Shown here piece after piece: positions 1-7,526 of a stretch of 32,000 nucleotides of DNA. Under the pieces are notes generated by a model that was given only the letters and a program-made list of their open reading frames with translations, had not been told where the DNA came from and searched no databases. The stretch comes from Fibrobacterota bacterium. Its GTDB lineage: Bacteria > Fibrobacterota > Fibrobacteria > UBA11236. Positions within the stretch are counted from its first letter, which is position 1, and every line of letters begins with the position of its first letter. The position numbers were made by a program, and so were the translations under genes. Where the stretch lies: NCBI GenBank assembly GCA_028287505.1, contig JAQBPN010000076.1:32069-64068 (forward strand), written 5' to 3'.

Positions 1-1626
1 TTTCTCCTCCAGTCCGTGGATCTTGTATTTGGGCGGCACGGTGGCGGCGAACTCGATGAGGCGGTGGTCCAGGAACGGATACCGCCCTTCGATGGAGTTG
101 CCCATCATCATGCGATCGCCTTGGGAGTTCAGGAGGTAGCCGCTCATGAACAGCACCATTTCCAGATACTGGGCGCGGCAGAGCGGATGCCACTTGTCCC
201 TGCCGGAGTCCAGGTAGGGATCCAGATCCTCGATCAAGGCTTCTTCCGAGGGCATCTGGGCGCGGAAGTCGGGATGGAGGATCCGGCGCATCTGCGAAGT
301 ATTGTTCCAACGGATGAGATGGGAATAATACGGATTTTCCACGTCTTCCATGCCCTTCCTGAAAAAGAGCTGCCAGAAGGTGGAGGCATTCGAATCCCGC
401 GCGATGTAACCATAAAGTTTTCCGAGCGCCAAGGGGCGGAACTTCGATTCCGGCTGGCGGGCCCAGAAGCGGCGGGCCTTGTCCTCGCGGAAGATGTTGT
501 AACCTCCGAAGATCTCGTCCGCGCCTTCGCCCGTAAGCACCACCTTGATGCCGTTTCCGCGCACCAGGCGCGAGAGCGCCAGCAACGGGGCGGGGGCGGT
601 GCGCATGATGGGGCGCTCGGCGTACCACACCACGTCCGCGAAGTCGCGGCCGATGTCGTCATCGTCCACTTCTATGGAGCGGTGGTCGGTTTTGAGGTGC
701 TCCACCATCCGCATTTGGTATTCGCGCTCGTCGAAGCGCTTGTCCTTGAATGCGACGGAAAAGGTGATGAGGTCGTTGCTATGGTGCTTTTTGACCAGGG
801 CGCAGGTGATGGAGGAATCGAGGCCGCCGCTCAGGTAGGCGGCCACGGGTACGTCCGACCGCAGCTGGAGGGTGGTGGCGTCGTAAAGGATATCGCGCAG
901 GCGTTCCCGGTAATGCGCGAGCGGCCTGTCCTCATACTCCTTGCGTCCCGGAAAGCTGTGGCGCCAATACTGCCGGACCTTGAAGGAACCGTTCTCGGCT
1001 ACGATGGTGCGGCCAGGGCCCAGTTCTTCGATGCCTTTGAACACGGTGCGCGGAGGGATATTGACCCAGAAGCTGGTGATCTGGGCGACGCCCACGGGGT
1101 CGATCTCCCGCGGCACCCCGGGGTAGGTCAGGAGGGCTTTCATCTCCGAGGCGAAGATCAGGCCGCCGTCCGGGCGGCGGGAATAGAACAGGGGGCGGAT
1201 GCCCACTCGGTCCCGGGTCAGCACCAGGCGCCGGCGCGGGATGTCCCAGAGCGCGATGGCGAACTGTCCGTTCAGGTGGTCGACGAAAGAGGTCCCGTAT
1301 TCCTCGTACAGATGGACGATGACTTCCGTGTCCGAATGGGTGGCGAAGCGATGACCCTTCTTGACGAGGCCCTCGCGCAGCTCGATATAATTGAAGATTT
1401 CGCCGTTGAAGCTCGTCCACACCGTGGCGTCTTCATTGTGCATGGGTTGCCGGCCGCCGGAGAGATCGATGATCGAAAGGCGGCGGTGTCCAAGGCCCAT
1501 TCCGTCCTTTTCGAAATAGCCTTCCGCATCGGGGCCGCGATGGGTGAGCGCGCGCGTCATCCGTCGCAAGGCGATTCCGTCCACCGGCGCGCCTTCAGGC
1601 GCCAGAATGCCGGCTATGCCGCACAT
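1..1626 (-). CDS. asnB: Asparagine synthase (glutamine-hydrolysing). N-terminus is complete; C-terminal end runs off the window.
   Basis: The frame is open to the window edge, so it is absent from the ORF track. The reverse complement from the ATG (complement of 1624-1626) reads MCGIAGILAPEGAPVDGIALRRMTRALTHRGPDAEGYFEKDGMGLGHRRLSIIDLSGGRQPMHNEDATVWTSFNGEIFNYIELRE. This is the class-II glutamine amidotransferase N-terminus with the Cys2 nucleophile. GGGAGGA lies just upstream of the ATG. The codons at the window start read VPPKYKIHGLEEK. The 583-aa plus-strand ORF 16..1767 is its antisense shadow. Confidence 0.9.
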   Translation of the reverse strand, partial: MCGIAGILAPEGAPVDGIALRRMTRALTHRGPDAEGYFEKDGMGLGHRRLSIIDLSGGRQPMHNEDATVWTSFNGEIFNYIELREGLVKKGHRFATHSDTEVIVHLYEEYGTSFVDHLNGQFAIALWDIPRRRLVLTRDRVGIRPLFYSRRPDGGLIFASEMKALLTYPGVPREIDPVGVAQITSFWVNIPPRTVFKGIEELGPGRTIVAENGSFKVRQYWRHSFPGRKEYEDRPLAHYRERLRDILYDATTLQLRSDVPVAAYLSGGLDSSITCALVKKHHSNDLITFSVAFKDKRFDEREYQMRMVEHLKTDHRSIEVDDDDIGRDFADVVWYAERPIMRTAPAPLLALSRLVRGNGIKVVLTGEGADEIFGGYNIFREDKARRFWARQPESKFRPLALGKLYGYIARDSNASTFWQLFFRKGMEDVENPYYSHLIRWNNTSQMRRILHPDFRAQMPSEEALIEDLDPYLDSGRDKWHPLCRAQYLEMVLFMSGYLLNSQGDRMMMGNSIEGRYPFLDHRLIEFAATVPPKYKIHGLEEK

Positions 1627-1912
1627 GAATCCTCCCATACCCATGGTATTTCGGGACCATTGCAATTTGACCGGAATTTCAGCACATGGAGCCAGTCCAG
1701 TTTGAATGCGGTGCCCACTTCGGCGCGGGGCGATCCCGTCAAAGTCGGAAACAAGGGAAGTCGATAAAATTTAACAGTTGCGGGTGTCCATGGCAATTGG
1801 GAACACTTTTCCCCAACGCCGGACCCCGCTCCAGGAAACGCGGACCCATTCCCCCCCGATTACACCCCCCTTGACCCCGGATAAGACCCTGAAATCCCCG
1901 ATTTCGGGCGGC

Positions 1913-1942
1913 CTGACAAAGTATTCCGCCCCTTACTAATTT
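1913..1942 (+). promoter_or_regulatory. Candidate sigma-70-type promoter, possibly producing a leaderless transcript of the IMPDH-family gene
   Basis: CTGACA (1913-1918), an 18-nt spacer, then TAATTT (1937-1942). The ATG at 1948 lies 6 nt after the -10 hexamer, and no Shine-Dalgarno sequence lies between them. Confidence 0.3.
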
Positions 1943-1947
1943 TAGAC

Positions 1948-3462
1948 ATGGCCAAAATACTAGACGATCTCTCCCGCACTTTCTCCGAATACCTGCTCAT
2001 TCCCCGTCTGACCCGGAAAGAGCATTTGCCCAAAAACGTATCCCTGGTCACTCCCGTCGCCAGCCACAAGGTCGGCGAAGCGAGCCGGCTCAGCCTGAAC
2101 ATCCCGGTCGTTTCCGCCAGCATGCAGGCGGTAGCGGGCACGGAAATGGGCATCGCCTTGGCGCGCCAAGGCGGCGTGGCCTTCGTCTTCTGCTCCCAGT
2201 CCATCGAATCCCAGGCCGCCATGATCGCCAAGATCAAGTCCCACAAGGCCGGATTCGTCCGCAGCGATTCCAACGTCAAACCCAGCGCCACCTTGCAGGA
2301 CCTCCTGGACATCATGAAAAAAACCGGCCATTCCACGGTGGCGGTCACGGAGGACGGAAGCAATACCGGCAGGTTCATGGGCATCATCACGGACAAGGAT
2401 TTCTGGGAATTCGAAGACGATTTGAATTCCAAGGTCCAAGGCTACATGACCCCTAAGGACAAGGTCATCCACGGCCTGGTCGGCATCACGCTCAAAGAGG
2501 CCAACCATCTCCTTTACAAGCATAAGAAGGAAGCGCTTCCCGTGCTCGAAGCGGACGGCCGCCTGAATTCCCTGGTCTTCAAGAAGGACTATGTCGATCA
2601 TATCAACAACCCCCTGGAGCTGTTGGATTCCCGCAAGCGACTGGTCGCGGCCGCGGGTATCAATACCCACGACTACAAGGAGCGCGTGCCCGCCCTGGTG
2701 GAAGCCGGCGTGGACGTTCTTTCCTTCGATTCCTCGGATGGATTCTCGGAGTTCCAGAAGGAGGCTTCGCTCTGGGTCAAGGAACGCTTCGGGGACAAGG
2801 TGATCGTGGGCGGCGGCAACGTCGTTTCCGCGGAAGGCTTCCGCTACCTGGTGGAGGAGGCCAAGCTCGATTTCGTCAAGGTCGGCATCGGCGGCGGATC
2901 CATCTGCATCACCCGCGAACAGAAGGGCATAGGCCGCGGCCAGGCCTCGGCGCTCATGGAAGTGGTGGAGGAACGCAACCGCTACGCCAGGGAAAAGGGC
3001 GTTTACGTCCCCATCTGCTCGGACGGCGGCCTGGCAAACGATACCCAGATCATCATCGCCATGGCCATGGGCGCGGATTTCGTCATGATGGGCCGTTACT
3101 TCGCCATGACAGACGAAAGCCCCACCCCCAGGGTCTCCATCAAGGGGCGCATCTACAAGCCCTATTGGGGGGAAGGTTCCAACCGCGCCCGCAACTGGCA
3201 GCGCTACGTGGACGACCAGGCTTCATCCCGGCTCCATTTCGAGGAAGGCGTGGATGGCTACGTGCCTGTGGTGGGATCGGTGAACGAGGTGCTGGGTTTG
3301 ACCCTGGAGAAGATGCGCGCGAGCATGTGCAATCTCGGATCGATAACTCTCGCGGAATTCACCCAGAACGCGGTGCTGACCCTGGTATCGGAGCAGTCCA
3401 TCGAAGAAGGCGGAACCTCCAACATCATCCAGGTCGAATCCAAATTCGACGACGACAAATAA
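1948..3462 (+). CDS. guaB: IMP dehydrogenase family protein with a CBS pair
   Basis: 504-aa ORF with a CBS-pair insert after the first ~100 aa. The catalytic loop VGIGGGSICITREQ carries the active-site Cys, and a CSDGG..MMG phosphate-binding region follows. The segment after the Cys (REQKGIGRGQAS) differs from the canonical GuaB RVVAGVGVPQ, so family membership is firm but exact activity is less so. Confidence 0.8.
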   Translation: MAKILDDLSRTFSEYLLIPRLTRKEHLPKNVSLVTPVASHKVGEASRLSLNIPVVSASMQAVAGTEMGIALARQGGVAFVFCSQSIESQAAMIAKIKSHKAGFVRSDSNVKPSATLQDLLDIMKKTGHSTVAVTEDGSNTGRFMGIITDKDFWEFEDDLNSKVQGYMTPKDKVIHGLVGITLKEANHLLYKHKKEALPVLEADGRLNSLVFKKDYVDHINNPLELLDSRKRLVAAAGINTHDYKERVPALVEAGVDVLSFDSSDGFSEFQKEASLWVKERFGDKVIVGGGNVVSAEGFRYLVEEAKLDFVKVGIGGGSICITREQKGIGRGQASALMEVVEERNRYAREKGVYVPICSDGGLANDTQIIIAMAMGADFVMMGRYFAMTDESPTPRVSIKGRIYKPYWGEGSNRARNWQRYVDDQASSRLHFEEGVDGYVPVVGSVNEVLGLTLEKMRASMCNLGSITLAEFTQNAVLTLVSEQSIEEGGTSNIIQVESKFDDDK

Positions 3463-3486
3463 CCCCGGAAAAGGATTTTTCCGGGG
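3463..3486. terminator. Hairpin between convergent genes; probable bidirectional terminator
   Basis: CCCCGGAAAA-GGAT-TTTTCCGGGG is a perfect 10-bp stem starting 1 nt after the guaB-like stop and ending 10 nt before the stop of the 60-aa ORF. The minus-strand reading is followed by UUAUUUGU. Confidence 0.5.
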
Positions 3487-3495
3487 CTGCCTTGG

Positions 3496-3678
3496 TTAGA
3501 ATTTCGCCAGGAATTCTTCCACGTCTTTGGTGGTGTTGAGGATAATCTTGAGATCCAAGGAATCATCCCTGCCGATCCGGACGGTACGCAGGGGCCGCCC
3601 GCCGAACATGGGAATGAAATCCGGATCCAGCGCTTTTTCCAGTTTGACGGCTCGGTTGTCTTGGAATTGGGGTTGCAT
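3496..3678 (-). CDS. Hypothetical 60-aa protein with no family recognisable by eye
   Basis: The track ORF 3496..3693 starts at TTG. I prefer the ATG at 3678 (MQPQFQDNRAVKLEKALDPDFIPMFGGRPLRTVRIGRDDSLDLKIILNTTKDVEEFLAKF) because AAAGGAA sits 6 nt upstream. Third-position GC is high, as in neighbouring genes. The ORF is bracketed by its own promoter and terminator. Confidence 0.5.
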   Translation of the reverse strand: MQPQFQDNRAVKLEKALDPDFIPMFGGRPLRTVRIGRDDSLDLKIILNTTKDVEEFLAKF

Positions 3679-3705
3679 ATGGATTCCTTTCAACCCTGGT
3701 TAATG

Positions 3706-3721
3706 AGCAATACAGGTGCCA
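3706..3721 (-). promoter_or_regulatory. Sigma-54 (-24/-12) promoter
   Basis: The minus strand reads TGGCACCTGTATTGCT, which matches TGGCAC-N5-TTGCW at every conserved position. It lies 28 nt upstream of the ATG at 3678, in an intergenic region and in the correct orientation. Confidence 0.65.
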
Positions 3722-3784
3722 TTTCCTTACAGCCTGCCAACATGCCAATCCCGCGCATTTGAGCCAAGTAGCCTTCAGGTACCT

Positions 3785-3800
3785 GTGTCAATCTTGACAC
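3785..3800. promoter_or_regulatory. Candidate enhancer (UAS) palindrome for a sigma-54 activator
   Basis: GTGTCAA-TC-TTGACAC is a perfect 16-bp palindrome centred about 97 bp upstream of the predicted transcription start. An extra GTCAA half-site lies at 3806-3810 and a TTGAA at 3836-3840. The palindrome alone is not statistically unusual in 32 kb; its position is what matters. Confidence 0.35.
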
Positions 3801-3861
3801 TTCCGGTCAACCTCGTTGCCAAACAAAACACTCGGTTGAAAGGAAAGTCGACAGGTCGGAT

Positions 3862-3900
3862 TTTGGGAAAAAAGGAAAAGGCCTCGCAAAGCGAGGCCCC
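3862..3900 (-). terminator. Rho-independent terminator of the large lipoprotein gene
   Basis: The minus-strand RNA reads GGGGCCUCGC-UUU-GCGAGGCC followed by UUUUCCUUUUUUCCC. It begins about 25 nt after the stop at 3926. Confidence 0.7.
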
Positions 3901-3925
3901 TTAAGAGGTGGAGATCGTCGGAGGT

Positions 3926-6900
3926 CTACTTCAGGAAAACGTTGTCCAGCCAGGAGTCATTGACATTGGCCGCCCCGAAATCGAAAACGATCCGGCCGCC
4001 GGCATCGGTGGCGGACTGGGTCCAGGTGATGGTGAAATGCTGGTAGGTGTTGGCCGCAGCGGTCACCGAGTATACCTGATCGAAGTATTTGGTCCAAGGA
4101 GAACCATTGTGTTCGACCACCACTTCGAAGGATTTCGGGGTGGCTTCGGACTTGATATCGAAATCCAGGGTGTACACCTTCGCCTGGGTCAGCGGGGTGG
4201 GTTGGTAAATCTGGATGTCCCAGGGATTCGCGCCCGCGTTGGTGATGGTCATCCTCGCGCTGCCTGCCTCGTTGGCGATGGTACCGGTGGCGGGCGCGGT
4301 GAAAATGGTCTGCCAGCTTACGATTCCGTTGGAGAAATCGCCGTTCGCCAGGAGGTTGGCGCTGCCTCCGGCGGCCACGTCCAGGTAGTTGATGTTCATG
4401 TTCCCATTGGGCATTGTGAAACGCACCGTATGGGCGCCTGCGGATAAGCTCACGCCGGATACCACCACATCCTTCCAGCTCTGCCACCCGGAGGCATCGG
4501 AAAAGCTGAAGGGAATCGCCGTCCCGCCGTCCACGGTCAGGGACAGGCTCTTGGTTCCGGCGGCGCCGGAGGCCAGGCGGGCGGTCAGGGTGTAGGTGCC
4601 GGCGGAGGCCACGTTCACGTCGTATGCCAGCCACTCTCCCGCGTCGACCCAACCCACGTTGAAACCCCCGCCCACGTCCGTAGTGGCTTCGATGTCCACG
4701 TTGTCGGTGCGGTATTGGTTTCCGGTATTGCCCAGGGTCAGGTCATGGTAGCCCACGGTTTCGCCGCCGTTCTTGTAAGCCTCGGCCTGGATGCGGCCGG
4801 GCAGATTGATGGCAGGGGTGCCAGAAGCGGCCGCGACGTTCATGTAATTGAGGTTGAAGTTGCCCGTGGTCATGGTGAGGCGCAGAACATGGGAACCGGC
4901 CGTCAGGTTCACGCCCGAGACGGCCACGTCCTTCCAGCTCTGCCAGCCGGAAGCATCGGTGAAGCTGAAGTTCGTGACGGGTCCGTTGTCCACCGTCATC
5001 GCCACGGTCTTGGTGCCGGCCGCGGCGGAGGCCATCCTGGCCGTGAAAATGTATGCGCCGGCGGAGGCCACGTTGACGTCATAGGCCAGCCATTCGCCCG
5101 CCTGGATCCAGCCCACATTGTATCCGCCCCCCGCGTCCGTGGTGGCTTCGATGTCCACGTTGTCGGTACGGTATTGGGTTCCGGTATTGCCGGCGTCCAG
5201 GTCATGGTAGCCTACGTTTTCGCCGCCATTCTTGTAAGCCTCGGCCTGGATGCGTCCCGGGAGGGAAATCGGACCCCCTACCGTTCCATAGGTCGCCGTA
5301 ATGGTGGTTGTGCCTGCCGGCGTGGAGATGTCGTGTTGGGCGGCAAGGCCGTCCGACCAGGAGACGAATTGGTAGTTCGCCCCGTTCACGGTTTGCGGCG
5401 AAAGGGCTTCCAGGGTGCGTTTGATGCCGACCACGCCGGTGAAGGGGAAGGGCGTGGTCTTGGGCTGTCCATCGAGCAGGAACTGGAGCCCGGAAGGGGA
5501 CGAGGCGATGGTCACGCTCGCGGTGACGGGCAGAACGTCCCGGGTGGTGGTGGCGGTGAGTCCCTTGGAATCCTTCACGGTCAGGAAAATGCGGTAGGAA
5601 ACATTGGGGGAAGTCTCGCCGACGGTCGGAATGGTGATGGGCCCGCCGAAGCCGACGGCATCGGGCATGAAAGGATGGCTGTGGGCGTCATGGATCAGGT
5701 CGACCCGCCAAGTGCCGGCGGCACTGCCCAGGGCGCCATCCTCAGGATCCGATCCGGATCCGGCGAAGGTGATCGTCTGCCCGCCCGTGTAGGTCGTGCC
5801 GGTGACGGGAGTGGTGATGACCGGAACGGGAGGCTGATTGGTGATTACCGTCAGGGTGGCGACGGAACTCGGCACCGTTCCAAGGGCATTGGATACGAAG
5901 ACCTGGAAGGTCGTGTTGTTGTCCGCCAGAACGGTGGTGGGGATGGTGTAGCTGGTTCCGACGGCGTTCGGGATGTTCACGCCGTTCTTTTGCCACCTGT
6001 AAACGAGGTTGCTGCCATTGGCTTCCACGGAGAAGGTCACGGACTGGCCCACGGAAACGGTCTGGGAGGCGGGCTGCCGGGCGATGGACGGAGCGTCCGT
6101 CCCCGTATAGTCGATCTTTCCGATCGTGCCGGAAAGCGTCAGATAATAGAGGGCGCCGTCCAGGGGATTGACCTTGAGGTCCATGAGGTTGCCGCCCAGG
6201 CTGGTGGCAAAAGTGGTCGGAGAGGTCGGCGAGGCCAGGTCGATGCTGCGGATGTACTGGCTGCAATGATCGCCGTAGAAATAATCGCCCAGATAGCTGG
6301 AGGGGTATTTCTGCTGGCCGGGATTGGGATTGTAGAAAGCCGCGCCGACGATGGCGCAATCGGCCGCGTTGACGCCGGATCCGTTGACGTACCCGCCGAT
6401 GGGTCCGTTGATTCCGGCCGCGGTGGTGGGGCCTTCCGTAATCGACCAGCCGAAATTGCGTCCGCCGGCCGAGGCGTCGTTGATTTCCTCATAGCCGTCC
6501 TCGCCCACGTCATTGATGAAGATGCGGCCGCTGCCGGGCTGCACGGCGAAGGTAAAGGGGTTGCGGAGGCCGTATCCCCAAATGGCTTTGTTTTTTCCCG
6601 TCAAGGTGCCGAAGAAGGGATTGTCCGAAGGGATTGTCGGGGTGCCTGCCGAAGGGCCGGGGACTTTGCTGAAGCGGAGGATCTTGCCGAGCAGGGTGTT
6701 CAGATCCTGGCCGTTGGACTGCAGGCGGTTGTCGCCCGTGGTCACGTAGAGGTAGCCATCGATTCCGAAGTGCAAGGCGCCGCCGTTATGGTACGCGCTG
6801 GTGATCAGAGGGGAGAGATCGAAAAGGTCGACCTCGCTGGCGGGATCGGCTTTGTTCGCATCCGCCGCCGAGACGGTGAACCGGCTGATCCGGTTGGCGT

Positions 6901-7333
6901 TGGCGCCCGGGACGGAATAGTGGATGTAAACGTATTTCTGGTTGGCCCAGTTGGGATCGAAGGCGATGCCCAGCAGGCCGCGCTCGGTGTTCTGGTCGAC
7001 GTTGAGGGTGAGGAAGGTGAGCGTGGTCGAGACGCTCTGGACGATTTTCACCGCACCGCTCTTTTCCAGGACGAAGAGCCTGCCGTCGGGCGCGAATTCC
7101 ATGGCCATAGGGGTGTTCAATCCCTGGGCCACCAGGTTGTCGGCGAACTTCGGGGGCGGGACTGAGAGTGCCGTGGCCAGGGTATTCCGTCCATCCCCGT
7201 TATCGCTTGCAAGCCCTTCCTGGGATTGGCAGCCGGCCAGCAGCAGCGCCAGCAGGATTGGAAAAACCATCAATGAGTATGGTTTCGCGTGGAAATGGAA
7301 ATGGGATATACGTGTGCGACTTGCAGTTGACAT
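3926..7333 (-). CDS. Secreted lipoprotein combining a PQQ-dependent sugar dehydrogenase (GSDH / sorbosone dehydrogenase-like beta-propeller), Ig-like/PKD-like modules, two CBM6 modules and a CBM4/9 (CenC-like) module
   Basis: The start is set at the ATG at 7333 (AGGAAAG RBS), giving MSTASRTRISHFHFHAKPYSLMVFPILLALLLAGCQ with an LAGC lipobox. The track start at 7435 adds an implausible extension. GSDH-type motifs are present: GLLGIAFDPNW, HNGGALHFGIDGYLYVTTGDN, GYGLRNPFTFAV, INDVGEDGYEEIN. An Ig-like module follows (QPASQTVSVGQSVTFSV..YRWQKNG). Two CBM6-like units begin with GRIQAEAYKNGGE.VGYHD. The C-terminal module has NLLANGDFSNG..W, typical of the CBM4/9 family. Confidence 0.85.
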   Translation of the reverse strand: MSTASRTRISHFHFHAKPYSLMVFPILLALLLAGCQSQEGLASDNGDGRNTLATALSVPPPKFADNLVAQGLNTPMAMEFAPDGRLFVLEKSGAVKIVQSVSTTLTFLTLNVDQNTERGLLGIAFDPNWANQKYVYIHYSVPGANANRISRFTVSAADANKADPASEVDLFDLSPLITSAYHNGGALHFGIDGYLYVTTGDNRLQSNGQDLNTLLGKILRFSKVPGPSAGTPTIPSDNPFFGTLTGKNKAIWGYGLRNPFTFAVQPGSGRIFINDVGEDGYEEINDASAGGRNFGWSITEGPTTAAGINGPIGGYVNGSGVNAADCAIVGAAFYNPNPGQQKYPSSYLGDYFYGDHCSQYIRSIDLASPTSPTTFATSLGGNLMDLKVNPLDGALYYLTLSGTIGKIDYTGTDAPSIARQPASQTVSVGQSVTFSVEANGSNLVYRWQKNGVNIPNAVGTSYTIPTTVLADNNTTFQVFVSNALGTVPSSVATLTVITNQPPVPVITTPVTGTTYTGGQTITFAGSGSDPEDGALGSAAGTWRVDLIHDAHSHPFMPDAVGFGGPITIPTVGETSPNVSYRIFLTVKDSKGLTATTTRDVLPVTASVTIASSPSGLQFLLDGQPKTTPFPFTGVVGIKRTLEALSPQTVNGANYQFVSWSDGLAAQHDISTPAGTTTITATYGTVGGPISLPGRIQAEAYKNGGENVGYHDLDAGNTGTQYRTDNVDIEATTDAGGGYNVGWIQAGEWLAYDVNVASAGAYIFTARMASAAAGTKTVAMTVDNGPVTNFSFTDASGWQSWKDVAVSGVNLTAGSHVLRLTMTTGNFNLNYMNVAAASGTPAINLPGRIQAEAYKNGGETVGYHDLTLGNTGNQYRTDNVDIEATTDVGGGFNVGWVDAGEWLAYDVNVASAGTYTLTARLASGAAGTKSLSLTVDGGTAIPFSFSDASGWQSWKDVVVSGVSLSAGAHTVRFTMPNGNMNINYLDVAAGGSANLLANGDFSNGIVSWQTIFTAPATGTIANEAGSARMTITNAGANPWDIQIYQPTPLTQAKVYTLDFDIKSEATPKSFEVVVEHNGSPWTKYFDQVYSVTAAANTYQHFTITWTQSATDAGGRIVFDFGAANVNDSWLDNVFLK
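4361..5270. repeat. Tandem direct duplication (period 459 bp) encoding the two CBM6 modules
   Basis: Hand alignment of 4621-4800 against 5080-5259 gives 153/180 identical positions (about 85%) with no indels. The protein copies are PISLPGRIQAEAY...NYMNVAA and AINLPGRIQAEAY...NYLDVAA. Confidence 0.85.
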
Positions 7334-7526
7334 GTTCTTGCTTTCCTGATTGAATGGAGCGGCGAGCCCCCACAGCCGCCACTCCGTTGCCCTAGAGTCC
7401 GAAAATCTAATAATCACCGGTTCGAGGCGGAACAAAAAGTATCGGCAACGTTATTTCAATCGCCCACACAAGCGCAAGCTTCCCCGGTAATTGCGGGAAC
7501 TTCGCTCGATTGGGAAGTCGGATCGG

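Noticed and set aside
16-1767. 583-aa plus-strand ORF, the longest ORF listed at the left end
   Set aside because: It is the antisense shadow of asnB. Its translation is a G/A/V/H/R/D-rich string with no recognisable motifs, whereas the opposite strand encodes a textbook asparagine synthase N-terminus.
4715-7165. 816-aa plus-strand ORF
   Set aside because: It is antisense to the PQQ-dehydrogenase/CBM lipoprotein. It has typical high-GC shadow-ORF composition (G, R, A, V, D runs) and no start context.
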